Virus record (IMG/VR): IMGVR_UViG_3300043447_000028
Span: 1 to 17,156 of that record
Length of the DNA stretch: 17,156 nucleotides
Reading direction: 5' to 3' (one strand)
Source of the DNA: a virus
Taxonomy: Duplodnaviria > Heunggongvirae > Uroviricota > Caudoviricetes
A model generated the notes under the pieces. It saw only the letters and a list, made by a program, of their open reading frames with translations. It had not been told where the DNA came from and ran no database searches. The position numbers and the translations under genes are program-made. Below are positions 1 through 7,280 of this stretch, in pieces. The stretch's first letter is position 1; each line of letters starts with the position of its first letter.

Positions 1-201
1 GCTTGCTTCGATATGATGTGGGTTATCATCGGATATATGAAATCACGTGGTTGGGATTGTGAAAATATCTGGGATGAGGGTGCAAAATCCAATTTATCCA
101 AGATTGACCCTGAAACTGGACTCGTTCTTCGTCGTGAAGACGGTAAAATCTTGAAACCAGAAGGCTGGAAACCACCAGATTTTACAAAATTCGTGAAATA
201 A
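1..201 (+). CDS. MazG-like/NTP-pyrophosphohydrolase family protein, C-terminal part (5' truncated by window edge)
   Basis: Frame is open from base 1 (ACFDMMWV...). The C-terminal 'RREDGKILKPEGWKPPD' is typical of phage all-alpha NTP-PPases. Confidence 0.7.
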   Translation, partial: ACFDMMWVIIGYMKSRGWDCENIWDEGAKSNLSKIDPETGLVLRREDGKILKPEGWKPPDFTKFVK

Positions 202-202
202 C

Positions 203-231
203 TTGTCTTTTTTGTGAAATTGAAGTAAAAT
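203..231 (+). promoter_or_regulatory. sigma70-type promoter (TTGTCT-17-TAAAAT); probable leaderless start at 238
   Basis: -35 at 203-208, 17-nt spacer, -10 at 226-231. The ATG lies 6 nt downstream and there is no SD. Confidence 0.6.
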
Positions 232-237
232 AACATT

Positions 238-741
238 ATGATTACACTTTATCTTGATATGGACGGTGTCCTTGCCGATTTTCACAAGGAATATGACAAA
301 TTTGACCCTGAACGTGAGGATCGTAAGAAGTTTCGATCCGCTGTTTTGGACCATCGCATCTTTGAGAAGCTGGATTTTATGCCAGACACACAAGAATTGC
401 TCAATCACGTGTCTAAATTGCAAGGCATCAACATTGAAATTCTTACATCAATGGGTACTCATGACCCATTTCAGGGTAATGAGGCTAAACACCAAAAACT
501 GAAATGGCTCAACGCTAAAAATATCCCTTACAAGGCAAATTTCGTTCGTAATAAAGAAGAAAAGGCACAGTACGCTACCCCAACTTCTATTCTTATTGAC
601 GATAGCATCGGTTGCATCACTCCATTTGATGCTGCTGGTGGTCACGGTATCCATCACCTGACTGCCAAAGAAACTATCAATAAATTGAATTCTGTTTTGA
701 AACAGATTCTCACATTACAATTAATGAATAAGCACGCATGA
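238..741 (+). CDS. HAD-superfamily 5'(3')-deoxyribonucleotidase (NT5C-like)
   Basis: Motif I 'LYLDMDGVLADF', 'ILTS' and motif IV 'ILIDD'. Confidence 0.85.
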   Translation: MITLYLDMDGVLADFHKEYDKFDPEREDRKKFRSAVLDHRIFEKLDFMPDTQELLNHVSKLQGINIEILTSMGTHDPFQGNEAKHQKLKWLNAKNIPYKANFVRNKEEKAQYATPTSILIDDSIGCITPFDAAGGHGIHHLTAKETINKLNSVLKQILTLQLMNKHA

Positions 742-1025
742 ACGATATTTTGATAAACACTTTTGGATGGATCAAGGATGATTATAAAAGCCACCCTGTT
801 CGATTTATTGTTGAGTTGCTTGCTTGGGCTATTAGCATTGGTTGCAGTGTCACAATGGCGACAACAGTCCCCAATCCTCCTCTACTTGTTCTATATCCTA
901 TCTGGATTAGTGGCTGTGCTCTTTATGCTTGGGCTGCTTATAGTAGGAAATCTTTTGGGATGTTGGCTAACTACATCTTGTTAACAACTATTGATACTGT
1001 CGGATTGTTGAGAATGGTATTATGA
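738..1025 (+). CDS. Small membrane protein, about 3 hydrophobic segments
   Basis: 95 aa, ATGA overlap with the upstream stop, hydrophobic stretches. Confidence 0.7.
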   Translation: MNDILINTFGWIKDDYKSHPVRFIVELLAWAISIGCSVTMATTVPNPPLLVLYPIWISGCALYAWAAYSRKSFGMLANYILLTTIDTVGLLRMVL

Positions 1026-1309
1026 TAACCTTAAATACTAAACAAATTTACATAACGCAACAACAACCGCAAACTCCACCAGCAATGCCTGTGCAGTTTG
1101 TTAAACCTTTATCATATCAATTTCGTGTTGCAGAACATTTAGACGATAATAATAATGTTGAACGTGTTGGGTTGCAAGTTGAAGTCTATGAACACGATGA
1201 ATATGGTTCGCCTACTATACGCACACCATGGGTAGATGTTCCACGTGTTAAACTGAAAAATGGTGTTATCTGGGTTGCACCAATGCCAGATCTCGGCACA
1301 ACCCCTTGA
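1022..1309 (+). CDS. Hypothetical protein
   Basis: 95 aa, ATGA-coupled to the upstream gene; Q/P-rich N-terminus. Confidence 0.6.
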   Translation: MITLNTKQIYITQQQPQTPPAMPVQFVKPLSYQFRVAEHLDDNNNVERVGLQVEVYEHDEYGSPTIRTPWVDVPRVKLKNGVIWVAPMPDLGTTP

Positions 1310-1334
1310 CTTTTATGCGAAGTTGTAGTATAAT
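1306..1334 (+). promoter_or_regulatory. sigma70-type promoter (TTGACT-17-TATAAT); probable leaderless start at 1341
   Basis: Near-consensus hexamers with a 17-nt spacer. The ATG lies 6 nt after the -10 and there is no SD. Confidence 0.8.
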
Positions 1335-1340
1335 TATATT

Positions 1341-1883
1341 ATGAACATCTTTTATCTACACAATGACCCTCGCATCTGCGCTCAACATCACGTTGATAAG
1401 CACTGCGTAAAAATGATTCTCGAATATGCTCAACTATTGTCTACTGCTCACCGTGTCCTTGATGGCACTGAGTCTATTGGTATGTCTGAATCTGGACGAA
1501 AGAAAAAGACCTGGACTTTACCAGACAGTCGCAACACTGTACTTTATTCTGCTACTCACATCAATCACCCTAGTGCTATTTGGGTCAGACAGTCCAAAGC
1601 AAACTACATCTGGCTCTGGAATCTATTTGAATGTCTGTGCACCGAGTACAGTTACCGTTACGGTAGAACCCACGCAACCGAAAGACTAGTGCAAGTTCTT
1701 TCTACTCCACCTAAGAACATCGGCTTTGGTCCATTCACTGAACCAACACCAGCTATGCCAGATGATTATAAAGTTGCTGGTGACTCTATTCAATCTTACA
1801 AAAATTACTATCTCGGTGACAAGAAACGAATGTTCTCTTGGAAAAACCGCCCTGCCCCATCATGGACTACGAATGCTAACTGA
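1341..1883 (+). CDS. Pyrimidine-dimer DNA glycosylase/endonuclease V-like protein
   Basis: N-terminal 'MNIFYLH.DP..CAQ.H.DKH.VKMILE.AQLLSTAH' and 'HINHPSAIW' match this widespread phage family. Confidence 0.7.
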   Translation: MNIFYLHNDPRICAQHHVDKHCVKMILEYAQLLSTAHRVLDGTESIGMSESGRKKKTWTLPDSRNTVLYSATHINHPSAIWVRQSKANYIWLWNLFECLCTEYSYRYGRTHATERLVQVLSTPPKNIGFGPFTEPTPAMPDDYKVAGDSIQSYKNYYLGDKKRMFSWKNRPAPSWTTNAN

Positions 1884-2436
1884 TTTTCTTGTAATTCCAA
1901 ATTTTTTCAAAGATCCGAAATCTGTATACGAATTAGCAATTAAGCAGACATATCATACGTATAAAGATGAAATTGATTTTGTTGAAGGTAACAGATCATT
2001 TCCAGGTCGTCGCACTTCTCCATTAGGTGAAGAGTTTAAGTCTTTGACTGATGAGTTTCTTATAGGTACATTAGTCAATGTTCGACAAGACGCTGATGTT
2101 GGAATTTCATATGGAGGGTTTCCATTGTTCCATTCACTATTCGATGGTGATGGTGGTGTTGGGAATTCTGGTCTTCATAGAGATAGTTCTGCTTGGGCTG
2201 CTATCGTTTATCTTAATGAAAATATTCTTAAAGACCCAAAAGAGTGTGGAACAATTCTTTATCGCAACGGAGAACGAATTGAAGTTCCTTATGTTTATAA
2301 CACTATGATTCTTTATCGTGGAGACTATCTGCATGGAGCAGCCAGTGGATTCGGTAGTACGATCGAAACATCTAGATTGTCTATGAATTTCTTTATCTCT
2401 GACATCAATATTTTTGTTAAAAGTCAATCTCTATAA
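1873..2436 (+). CDS. 2OG-Fe(II) oxygenase superfamily protein
   Basis: HxD 'GLHRDSS', distal His 'YLHGA' and 'RLSMNFF'. Start set at ATG 1873 (MLTDFLVIPNFF), which overlaps the upstream stop, instead of 1726. Confidence 0.8.
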   Translation: MLTDFLVIPNFFKDPKSVYELAIKQTYHTYKDEIDFVEGNRSFPGRRTSPLGEEFKSLTDEFLIGTLVNVRQDADVGISYGGFPLFHSLFDGDGGVGNSGLHRDSSAWAAIVYLNENILKDPKECGTILYRNGERIEVPYVYNTMILYRGDYLHGAASGFGSTIETSRLSMNFFISDINIFVKSQSL

Positions 2437-2438
2437 AG

Positions 2439-2445
2439 CTAAATA
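2439..2445 (+). promoter_or_regulatory. Possible T4-type late promoter (CTAAATA)
   Basis: TAAATA core in the short intergenic gap ahead of an AAGGAG RBS; the same heptamer occurs at 7236. Confidence 0.4.
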
Positions 2446-2462
2446 CAAGTAAGGAGAACATT

Positions 2463-2711
2463 ATGCCAACTTATGTATTTCGCAATAAAGAAACAGGCGA
2501 ACAATTTGAACAGATTATGCGTATGTCTGAACTTGATCCGTTCAGAGAAGCTAATCCACATTTGGAAACTGTTATCCAAGCAGTAGCGTTTGGTGATCCA
2601 ACCAAACTATCATCAACACGGAAATTCGATACTGGATTCAAGGAGGTGCTGCAACGAATCCATGAGAAAACACCTGGAAGTCAATTAGATAAATCATCAT
2701 CCCAGTTATAA
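2463..2711 (+). CDS. FmdB zinc-ribbon-like small protein (cysteines absent)
   Basis: 'MPTY.F.N..TGE.FE' resembles the FmdB-type N-terminus; AAGGAG RBS. Confidence 0.6.
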   Translation: MPTYVFRNKETGEQFEQIMRMSELDPFREANPHLETVIQAVAFGDPTKLSSTRKFDTGFKEVLQRIHEKTPGSQLDKSSSQL

Positions 2712-2719
2712 GGAAACAA

Positions 2720-3490
2720 ATGGCAACTCGTGCAGCAGCAAAGACAAGACCAATAGATAATGTGCAAGGTGAGCCTAAGACAAAAACAGTAAATAACCAT
2801 CTAAAATTAAGGATTGATGACTTAAAGACGTTTGAACCATTGACAGATAATCAGAAACTATTTTTTGATTCATACAAACGTGGTGATTATTTCGTGGCAC
2901 TTCATGGTGTCGCAGGGACAGGAAAAACCTTCTGTGCGCTTTACAAAGCGATTGAAGAAGTATTAGACAAATCAAATCCATTTGACAAGATTATCGTAGT
3001 TCGTTCTGCGGTGCAATCTCGTGAAATTGGACATCTTCCAGGCGATGTGAATGAGAAGATGGAAATTTATGAACAACCATATCGTCAGATATGCGAAACC
3101 TTGTTTGGTCGCAAAGACGCATGGGATAGATTAGAAGAACAAGGACATATCAGTTTTATTTCTACATCATTTATTCGTGGTATGTCATTTGATGATGCTA
3201 TCATCATTGTTGATGAAATGCAAAACTTGACTTATGAAGAGATTGATACCGTTATGACTCGTGTCGGTTATCGCTCTAAGATTATGTGGTGTGGTGACTA
3301 TCGCCAGACAGACTTGAATAAACGTAAAAGTGATGTTACAGGAATTCTCAAATTCTTTGACATCGCACAACACATGAGTGCTTTTACTCGTATCGAGTTT
3401 ACTGTTGACGACATCGTTCGATCTTCCTTAGTGAAGGACTATATTTTGGCTAAACTTAAATATGAGGACTACTATGAGAAGAAACAATGA
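2720..3490 (+). CDS. phoH: PhoH family ATPase
   Basis: Walker A 'GVAGTGKT', 'GHLPGD..EK', 'RGMSFDDAIIIVDEMQN', 'TRVG' and 'GDYRQTDL'. Confidence 0.95.
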   Translation: MATRAAAKTRPIDNVQGEPKTKTVNNHLKLRIDDLKTFEPLTDNQKLFFDSYKRGDYFVALHGVAGTGKTFCALYKAIEEVLDKSNPFDKIIVVRSAVQSREIGHLPGDVNEKMEIYEQPYRQICETLFGRKDAWDRLEEQGHISFISTSFIRGMSFDDAIIIVDEMQNLTYEEIDTVMTRVGYRSKIMWCGDYRQTDLNKRKSDVTGILKFFDIAQHMSAFTRIEFTVDDIVRSSLVKDYILAKLKYEDYYEKKQ

Positions 3491-4107
3491 TAACTGCAGA
3501 ACAATTCAAGCATTTATTCCCTCGTGCTCAAGATCCAGAATCTTGGGCAGCTTCGATGAACGAAGTATTTCCAACATATGACATCAATACACCAGAACGT
3601 GTTGCTGCTTTCTTAGCGCAATGTGGGCATGAGTCTGGTGGTTGGACTGTTTTTGAAGAGAACCTAAACTATTCTGCACAAGGATTGAATAGCATCTTCA
3701 GAAAGTATTTCCCTACAATCGAAGAAGCCACACCATATGCTCGCAAACCAGAAATGATTGCGAACAAAATCTATGCTAACCGCATGGGTAATGGTGGTCC
3801 AGAATCAGGAGACGGGTATCGTTTCCGTGGACGTGGTCCAATTCAGTTGACTGGTCGTGCGAACTATACGGCATTTGCCAAAGAGATGTTCGAAGACTGG
3901 GAGAACGTAGTAAACAACCCTGACTGGGTTACAGCGGATCGTGACTTTGCTTTGATGTCAGCTATTTGGTTCTGGAACAAGAACAAATTGAATGTTCAAG
4001 CAGACAGCGGTGACATCAAATTAATGACTAAGAAAATCAATGGTGGTTATATTGGTCTAGAAGATCGCATTAAACACTATAATGAGGCTATGCACTTACT
4101 TACATAA
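3487..4107 (+). CDS. Glycoside hydrolase family 19 endolysin
   Basis: 'AAFLAQCGHESGG', 'ENLNYSA', 'YRFRGRGPIQLTGRANY', 'SAIWFW' and 'TKKINGG'. Confidence 0.92.
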   Translation: MITAEQFKHLFPRAQDPESWAASMNEVFPTYDINTPERVAAFLAQCGHESGGWTVFEENLNYSAQGLNSIFRKYFPTIEEATPYARKPEMIANKIYANRMGNGGPESGDGYRFRGRGPIQLTGRANYTAFAKEMFEDWENVVNNPDWVTADRDFALMSAIWFWNKNKLNVQADSGDIKLMTKKINGGYIGLEDRIKHYNEAMHLLT

Positions 4108-4760
4108 TGAAAACATTTATACATCATGACTTTGCGAAACTTGTGCGTGACACAAGACCCGATGGACAAAGAACTTATCTAACCCCATCGGGTTTTTCGT
4201 ATCCAAGTGTGACAACAATTACTGGGCAAGCAACAGCAGAAGGTATTGCTAAGTGGCGTCAACGTGTCGGTGCAGAAGAAGCTAATAGAGTTTCTGCTAA
4301 AGCATCAGCACGTGGTACTCGGATTCACCAGTACTGTGAAGATTATCTGCGTGGAAACGTGTTCGAAGCTGATATGTTTGACTTGGAGATGTTCAATTCT
4401 ATCAAGTTTTTACTAGACGATATTGATAATATACATTGTCTTGAAACACCACTCTACTCTGACCACTTACAGGTTGCTGGAACAGTTGATTGTATCGCTG
4501 AATTTCAAGGTAAGCTAACTGTCATTGATTTTAAGACAGCAAGTAAACCAAAAGATCGAGAAGACATTTATCACTACTTTATGCAGTGCGCAGCTTATGC
4601 TGTTGCGTTTGAAGAACGCACTGGTATCCCTATTGGTCGTCTCGCTATTTTGATGGCAGTAGAGAATGATGATCCACGATGGTTTATAGAGAAGCGTGAT
4701 AACTGGATTGGTCCATTCCGTAAACTGAGATTAGATTATAAGAATAGAAAGGGTATTTAA
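4107..4760 (+). CDS. PD-(D/E)xK exonuclease (Cas4/RecB-like fold, common in T4-like phages)
   Basis: 'YPSVTTI', 'RGTRIH', 'AGTVDCIAE', 'IDFKTASKPK' and 'YFMQCAAYA'. Confidence 0.9.
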   Translation: MKTFIHHDFAKLVRDTRPDGQRTYLTPSGFSYPSVTTITGQATAEGIAKWRQRVGAEEANRVSAKASARGTRIHQYCEDYLRGNVFEADMFDLEMFNSIKFLLDDIDNIHCLETPLYSDHLQVAGTVDCIAEFQGKLTVIDFKTASKPKDREDIYHYFMQCAAYAVAFEERTGIPIGRLAILMAVENDDPRWFIEKRDNWIGPFRKLRLDYKNRKGI

Positions 4761-5305
4761 TGGATAGAACTATTGATAAAAACGGGAATGAGATTTTCCT
4801 AGAGAATTGGGAAGATATCAAATTTATACCGAAGGTTCTAACTAAACAGCAATGTGATGATCTAATTAAAGACGCTGATTTCGAGAACACTCCAAATAAT
4901 ATACCTAATTATGAACCAGATACTCTTATAGAAAGAAGAAAAATTGTACATCACGAATTAGTTAAATTACTGAGTGATAGATATTCATGGGATGTCACCC
5001 ATAGCCCTATTTTGTGGTATAAACCTGGTGTTTCCAATGAACCACATGCTGATAGTTTTGCTTATCTCGGTAGAGATGAGAACCAAGATAATATCGTTGA
5101 AAGAATTATGCCTTGGAAAAGAACTGCAGTTATATTTTTGAATGATGATTTTGATGCTGGTGAATTAGTTTTCCCTAAGTTTGGGGTAACTATAAAACCA
5201 AAAACTGGTAACATGGTGCTATCTTCTGGTGGGTATGAATTTTTACATTATACAGAAGCAGCTTCTAAAGATAGATATGTGTTAGTTGTTAGAATCAATA
5301 ATTGA
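4760..5305 (+). CDS. 2OG-Fe(II) oxygenase (prolyl-4-hydroxylase-like)
   Basis: 'PHADS', 'AVIFLNDDFDAGELVFP', distal His 'LHYT' and 'RYVLV'. Confidence 0.85.
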   Translation: MDRTIDKNGNEIFLENWEDIKFIPKVLTKQQCDDLIKDADFENTPNNIPNYEPDTLIERRKIVHHELVKLLSDRYSWDVTHSPILWYKPGVSNEPHADSFAYLGRDENQDNIVERIMPWKRTAVIFLNDDFDAGELVFPKFGVTIKPKTGNMVLSSGGYEFLHYTEAASKDRYVLVVRINN

Positions 5306-5330
5306 CACGCAACCTTTCATAATGTATAAT
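5302..5330 (+). promoter_or_regulatory. Consensus sigma70 promoter of the tmRNA gene (TTGACA-17-TATAAT)
   Basis: Exact consensus hexamers at 5302-5307 and 5325-5330; predicted TSS about 5337. Confidence 0.9.
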
Positions 5331-5336
5331 AGTGAT

Positions 5337-5650
5337 ATTGCTGTATGAAGCAAAGAGAAAAGTGTTCTGGACGGGAGTTCGATTCTCCCCACCTCCACCA
5401 AAAACATATTGAGCAAGACGTCGTACTCTTGTTAAGATTTGATGTTGTTAGCGCAGTTAAATTATTCAGTATGTTTTTGATGGGGGTGACTAGGTTTCGA
5501 CAGGGCAACAAGTAAACAAGTGGACAGCACGGTAGGCGATGACCGTAAATCAAGCAAACTAAGTAAATGCAAACGACTCTGTCTACGCATTAGCAGCCTA
5601 AACGCTGCTTAGGGTTTCGGTAGGTTTCCTCGTAACAGAATAACCTACCA
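5337..5650 (+). ncRNA. ssrA: Circularly permuted (two-piece) tmRNA: acceptor piece ~5337-5400, intervening segment 5401-5481, coding piece 5482-~5650; tag (A)ANDSVYALAA at 5569-5601
   Basis: T-arm GGGAG-TTCGATT-CTCCC and CACCTCC-A-CCA end come before GGGGGTG-ACTAGGTTTCGAC. The acceptor stem is 7 bp with G3:U70. H2 pairings CAGGGCA/TGTTCTG and ACAGC/GCTGT, a pk1-like ACGGT/ACCGT stem and a GCAGC/GCTGC hairpin at the tag end are present. Confidence 0.93.
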
Positions 5651-5659
5651 TCTTTATTA

Positions 5660-5688
5660 TGCCAGCCACATACTGTGCCAGCCATATA
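5660..5688 (+). repeat. 13-bp direct repeat TGCCAGCCA(C/T)ATA x2, 16-bp period
   Basis: Copies at 5660-5672 and 5676-5688; the second runs into TATAAT (5685-5690). Confidence 0.7.
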
Positions 5689-5721
5689 ATTTTAACTTAA
5701 TTAAAATTTTAGGAAAATAAA

Positions 5722-6288
5722 ATGAAATTGAAAATGTTAGTAGCTGCATTATTGGTAGCTGGTTCTTCTATCGCAAGCGCACAGTCTTCTATGACTGTAG
5801 GATATGCCGTACAAGACGACGTTAGCCCAGCCGTGCAAAAGCACGTTAATTCTTTGCGAGTTCAAACACGATTGTTCGGCAAAGTTGATGGTGACATTGG
5901 TATTTCTGCGACTACTGCAGACGTAGCAAACACTATCTCTAATCGTTATGAAGCAGGTTTGACATATAGCCAACCACTTAACTCTGTATTTACAGCATCT
6001 ATTCGTGGTGGGTTGGGTACCAAACAATCGTCTGGTAAACCAGATTATCCATACCATTCAGTAGAACCAGCAGTTTCTGTTAAGTTGCCGATTGATGGAT
6101 TATCAGCTAAAGTTGGTTATCGTTTCCGTAGTGGATTTGATTCTGTCGCAAAAGATACCAACGAAGCAACTCGTTTGCAACTGGCATATGCATTAACTAA
6201 GCAAGATCGAATTGCTGTTGGTTATGATATCCAACGTGGTGATGGTGCGAACAAAACTATCGCATTGAACTATACACGAGGTTTCTAA
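5722..6288 (+). CDS. Outer-membrane beta-barrel protein with signal peptide
   Basis: Sec signal (MKLK-hydrophobic-ASA), alternating beta-strand pattern, C-terminal 'LNYTRGF' BamA-type signature; AGGA RBS. Confidence 0.75.
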   Translation: MKLKMLVAALLVAGSSIASAQSSMTVGYAVQDDVSPAVQKHVNSLRVQTRLFGKVDGDIGISATTADVANTISNRYEAGLTYSQPLNSVFTASIRGGLGTKQSSGKPDYPYHSVEPAVSVKLPIDGLSAKVGYRFRSGFDSVAKDTNEATRLQLAYALTKQDRIAVGYDIQRGDGANKTIALNYTRGF

Positions 6289-6551
6289 TGAATGTTATTC
6301 CATTGAAGGATAGAGTTCTCGTTGCAGAGAACAAGCGTGAGAACACTACAGAATCTGGTATTGTCTTGCAAGGTGCAGGTTTCGATCAATCGAAAACAGG
6401 TACTGTTCTAGCCATTGGTCCAGATGTTACTGATGTTAAAGTTGGTGATGTGATTTATCTGGAATGGAATAAGGCAGCAGTTGTCAAGATTGGTGACGCA
6501 CAACGTGTGATGATCAAGCAAGAAAACATCGTTGCTGTATTAGAACAATGA
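6288..6551 (+). CDS. groES: GroES/Cpn10 co-chaperonin
   Basis: 'IPLKDRVLV', mobile loop 'TTESGIVL', 'GTVLAIGPD' and 'VKVGDVI'. Confidence 0.92.
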   Translation: MNVIPLKDRVLVAENKRENTTESGIVLQGAGFDQSKTGTVLAIGPDVTDVKVGDVIYLEWNKAAVVKIGDAQRVMIKQENIVAVLEQ

Positions 6552-7054
6552 ACATTGCTGTCCTCTGCAATGGTCCAAGCAGAGTAGTCTTTCGAGACTC
6601 TCTGGCTTATGACTATGTTATCGGTTGTAACATACCTTGGACTGTTGTAGATGCGACAGTAATTCTCGACCCAGAAGTCATCCACTACATGGGTAAGAAT
6701 CCTGAACTTATCAAGACTCCAGCTTATTTCTCTCGAAAGGCTTGGATGATTACAGATGAGATCAAAAAGAGAAAACTTTTTGAACCTTATCTGATTGAAC
6801 TCATTGACCCTAAATATCCTTATCACTCTGCTGGTCACGTAGCTGTAGAAGCTATGATTCGTAAGGGTGCGACTGGGATCGATATTTTTGGTTGTGATTC
6901 TTGGTTTGAATCTACGTTAGAAAGTCACACTCATCAGTTTGTTGATACATCAGATGAGACTAAGCGATGCATCGAAGCGTGGCGTACTAGATGGAATTCT
7001 ATCATCGAGAACAATCCCGAAGTAAAAATTAACTTCATCAAAGGAAATATATGA
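6548..7054 (+). CDS. Hypothetical protein with MptE/DUF115/sialyltransferase-like motifs
   Basis: 'IAVLCNGPS' at the N-terminus and 'SAGHVAVEAMIRKGATGIDIFGCD' resemble this Rossmann-like group; function uncertain. Confidence 0.5.
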   Translation: MNIAVLCNGPSRVVFRDSLAYDYVIGCNIPWTVVDATVILDPEVIHYMGKNPELIKTPAYFSRKAWMITDEIKKRKLFEPYLIELIDPKYPYHSAGHVAVEAMIRKGATGIDIFGCDSWFESTLESHTHQFVDTSDETKRCIEAWRTRWNSIIENNPEVKINFIKGNI

Positions 7055-7230
7055 AACACTTGTTAGTATTGATCGCTTTAGCATTCACTTCTGCTACATT
7101 CGCAGCTGATGCTCCAGCAGCTAAGAAAGACGAAACTAATTGTGTGACACGTGATAAGAAGGGTAACTGCCCTCCACCACCAAAGTCACCAAAGCCAACT
7201 CCAAAGAAGAAGGCTGAAGAGAAGAAATAA
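7051..7230 (+). CDS. Unlisted 59-aa secreted peptide MKHLLVLIALAFTSATFA|ADAPAAKKDETNCVTRDKKGNCPPPPKSPKPTPKKKAEEKK
   Basis: AAAGGA RBS, ATGA overlap with the upstream stop, signal-peptide pattern, TAA at 7228-7230; fills the gap left in the ORF track. Confidence 0.85.
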   Translation: MKHLLVLIALAFTSATFAADAPAAKKDETNCVTRDKKGNCPPPPKSPKPTPKKKAEEKK

Positions 7231-7235
7231 TCTTC

Positions 7236-7242
7236 CTAAATA
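7236..7242 (+). promoter_or_regulatory. Possible T4-type late promoter (CTAAATA, overlapping TATAAT)
   Basis: TAAATA core just after the upstream stop; no -35 at the expected spacing. Confidence 0.45.
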
Positions 7243-7247
7243 TAATA

Positions 7248-7280
7248 CCAGCCTGACAGTGCTGGACACACAAACTGTCA
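7248..7280 (+). promoter_or_regulatory. H-type RNA pseudoknot in the leader of the 92-aa gene
   Basis: S1 CCAGC(7248-52)/GCTGG(7261-65), L1 1 nt, S2 TGACAGT(7254-60)/ACTGTCA(7274-80), L3 ACACACAA; all 12 pairs are Watson-Crick. Confidence 0.7.

Noticed and set aside
1726-1872. Long N-terminal extension of the oxygenase given by the ORF track
   Set aside because: Lies wholly inside the glycosylase gene; ATG 1873 gives a normal coupled start.
4107-4760. Cas4 or CRISPR system
   Set aside because: Shares the fold only. No repeat-spacer array or other cas genes, and no obvious four-Cys Fe-S set; this exonuclease is common in T4-like phages.
5373-5400. Stand-alone tRNA or tRNA-like attachment-site remnant
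   Set aside because: No D or anticodon arms upstream; the partner strand is downstream at 5482 with a tag frame; no integrase in the window.
5317-5553. 78-aa minus-strand ORF
   Set aside because: Antisense shadow of the tmRNA; 'WWRWGESNSRP' is the reverse translation of the T-arm and CCA end.
5619-5649. Separate intrinsic terminator after the tmRNA tag
   Set aside because: The GGTAGGTT/AACCTACC stem has a long loop and only a weak U-tract, so it is treated as the 3' structure of the coding piece. It may still define the RNA end.
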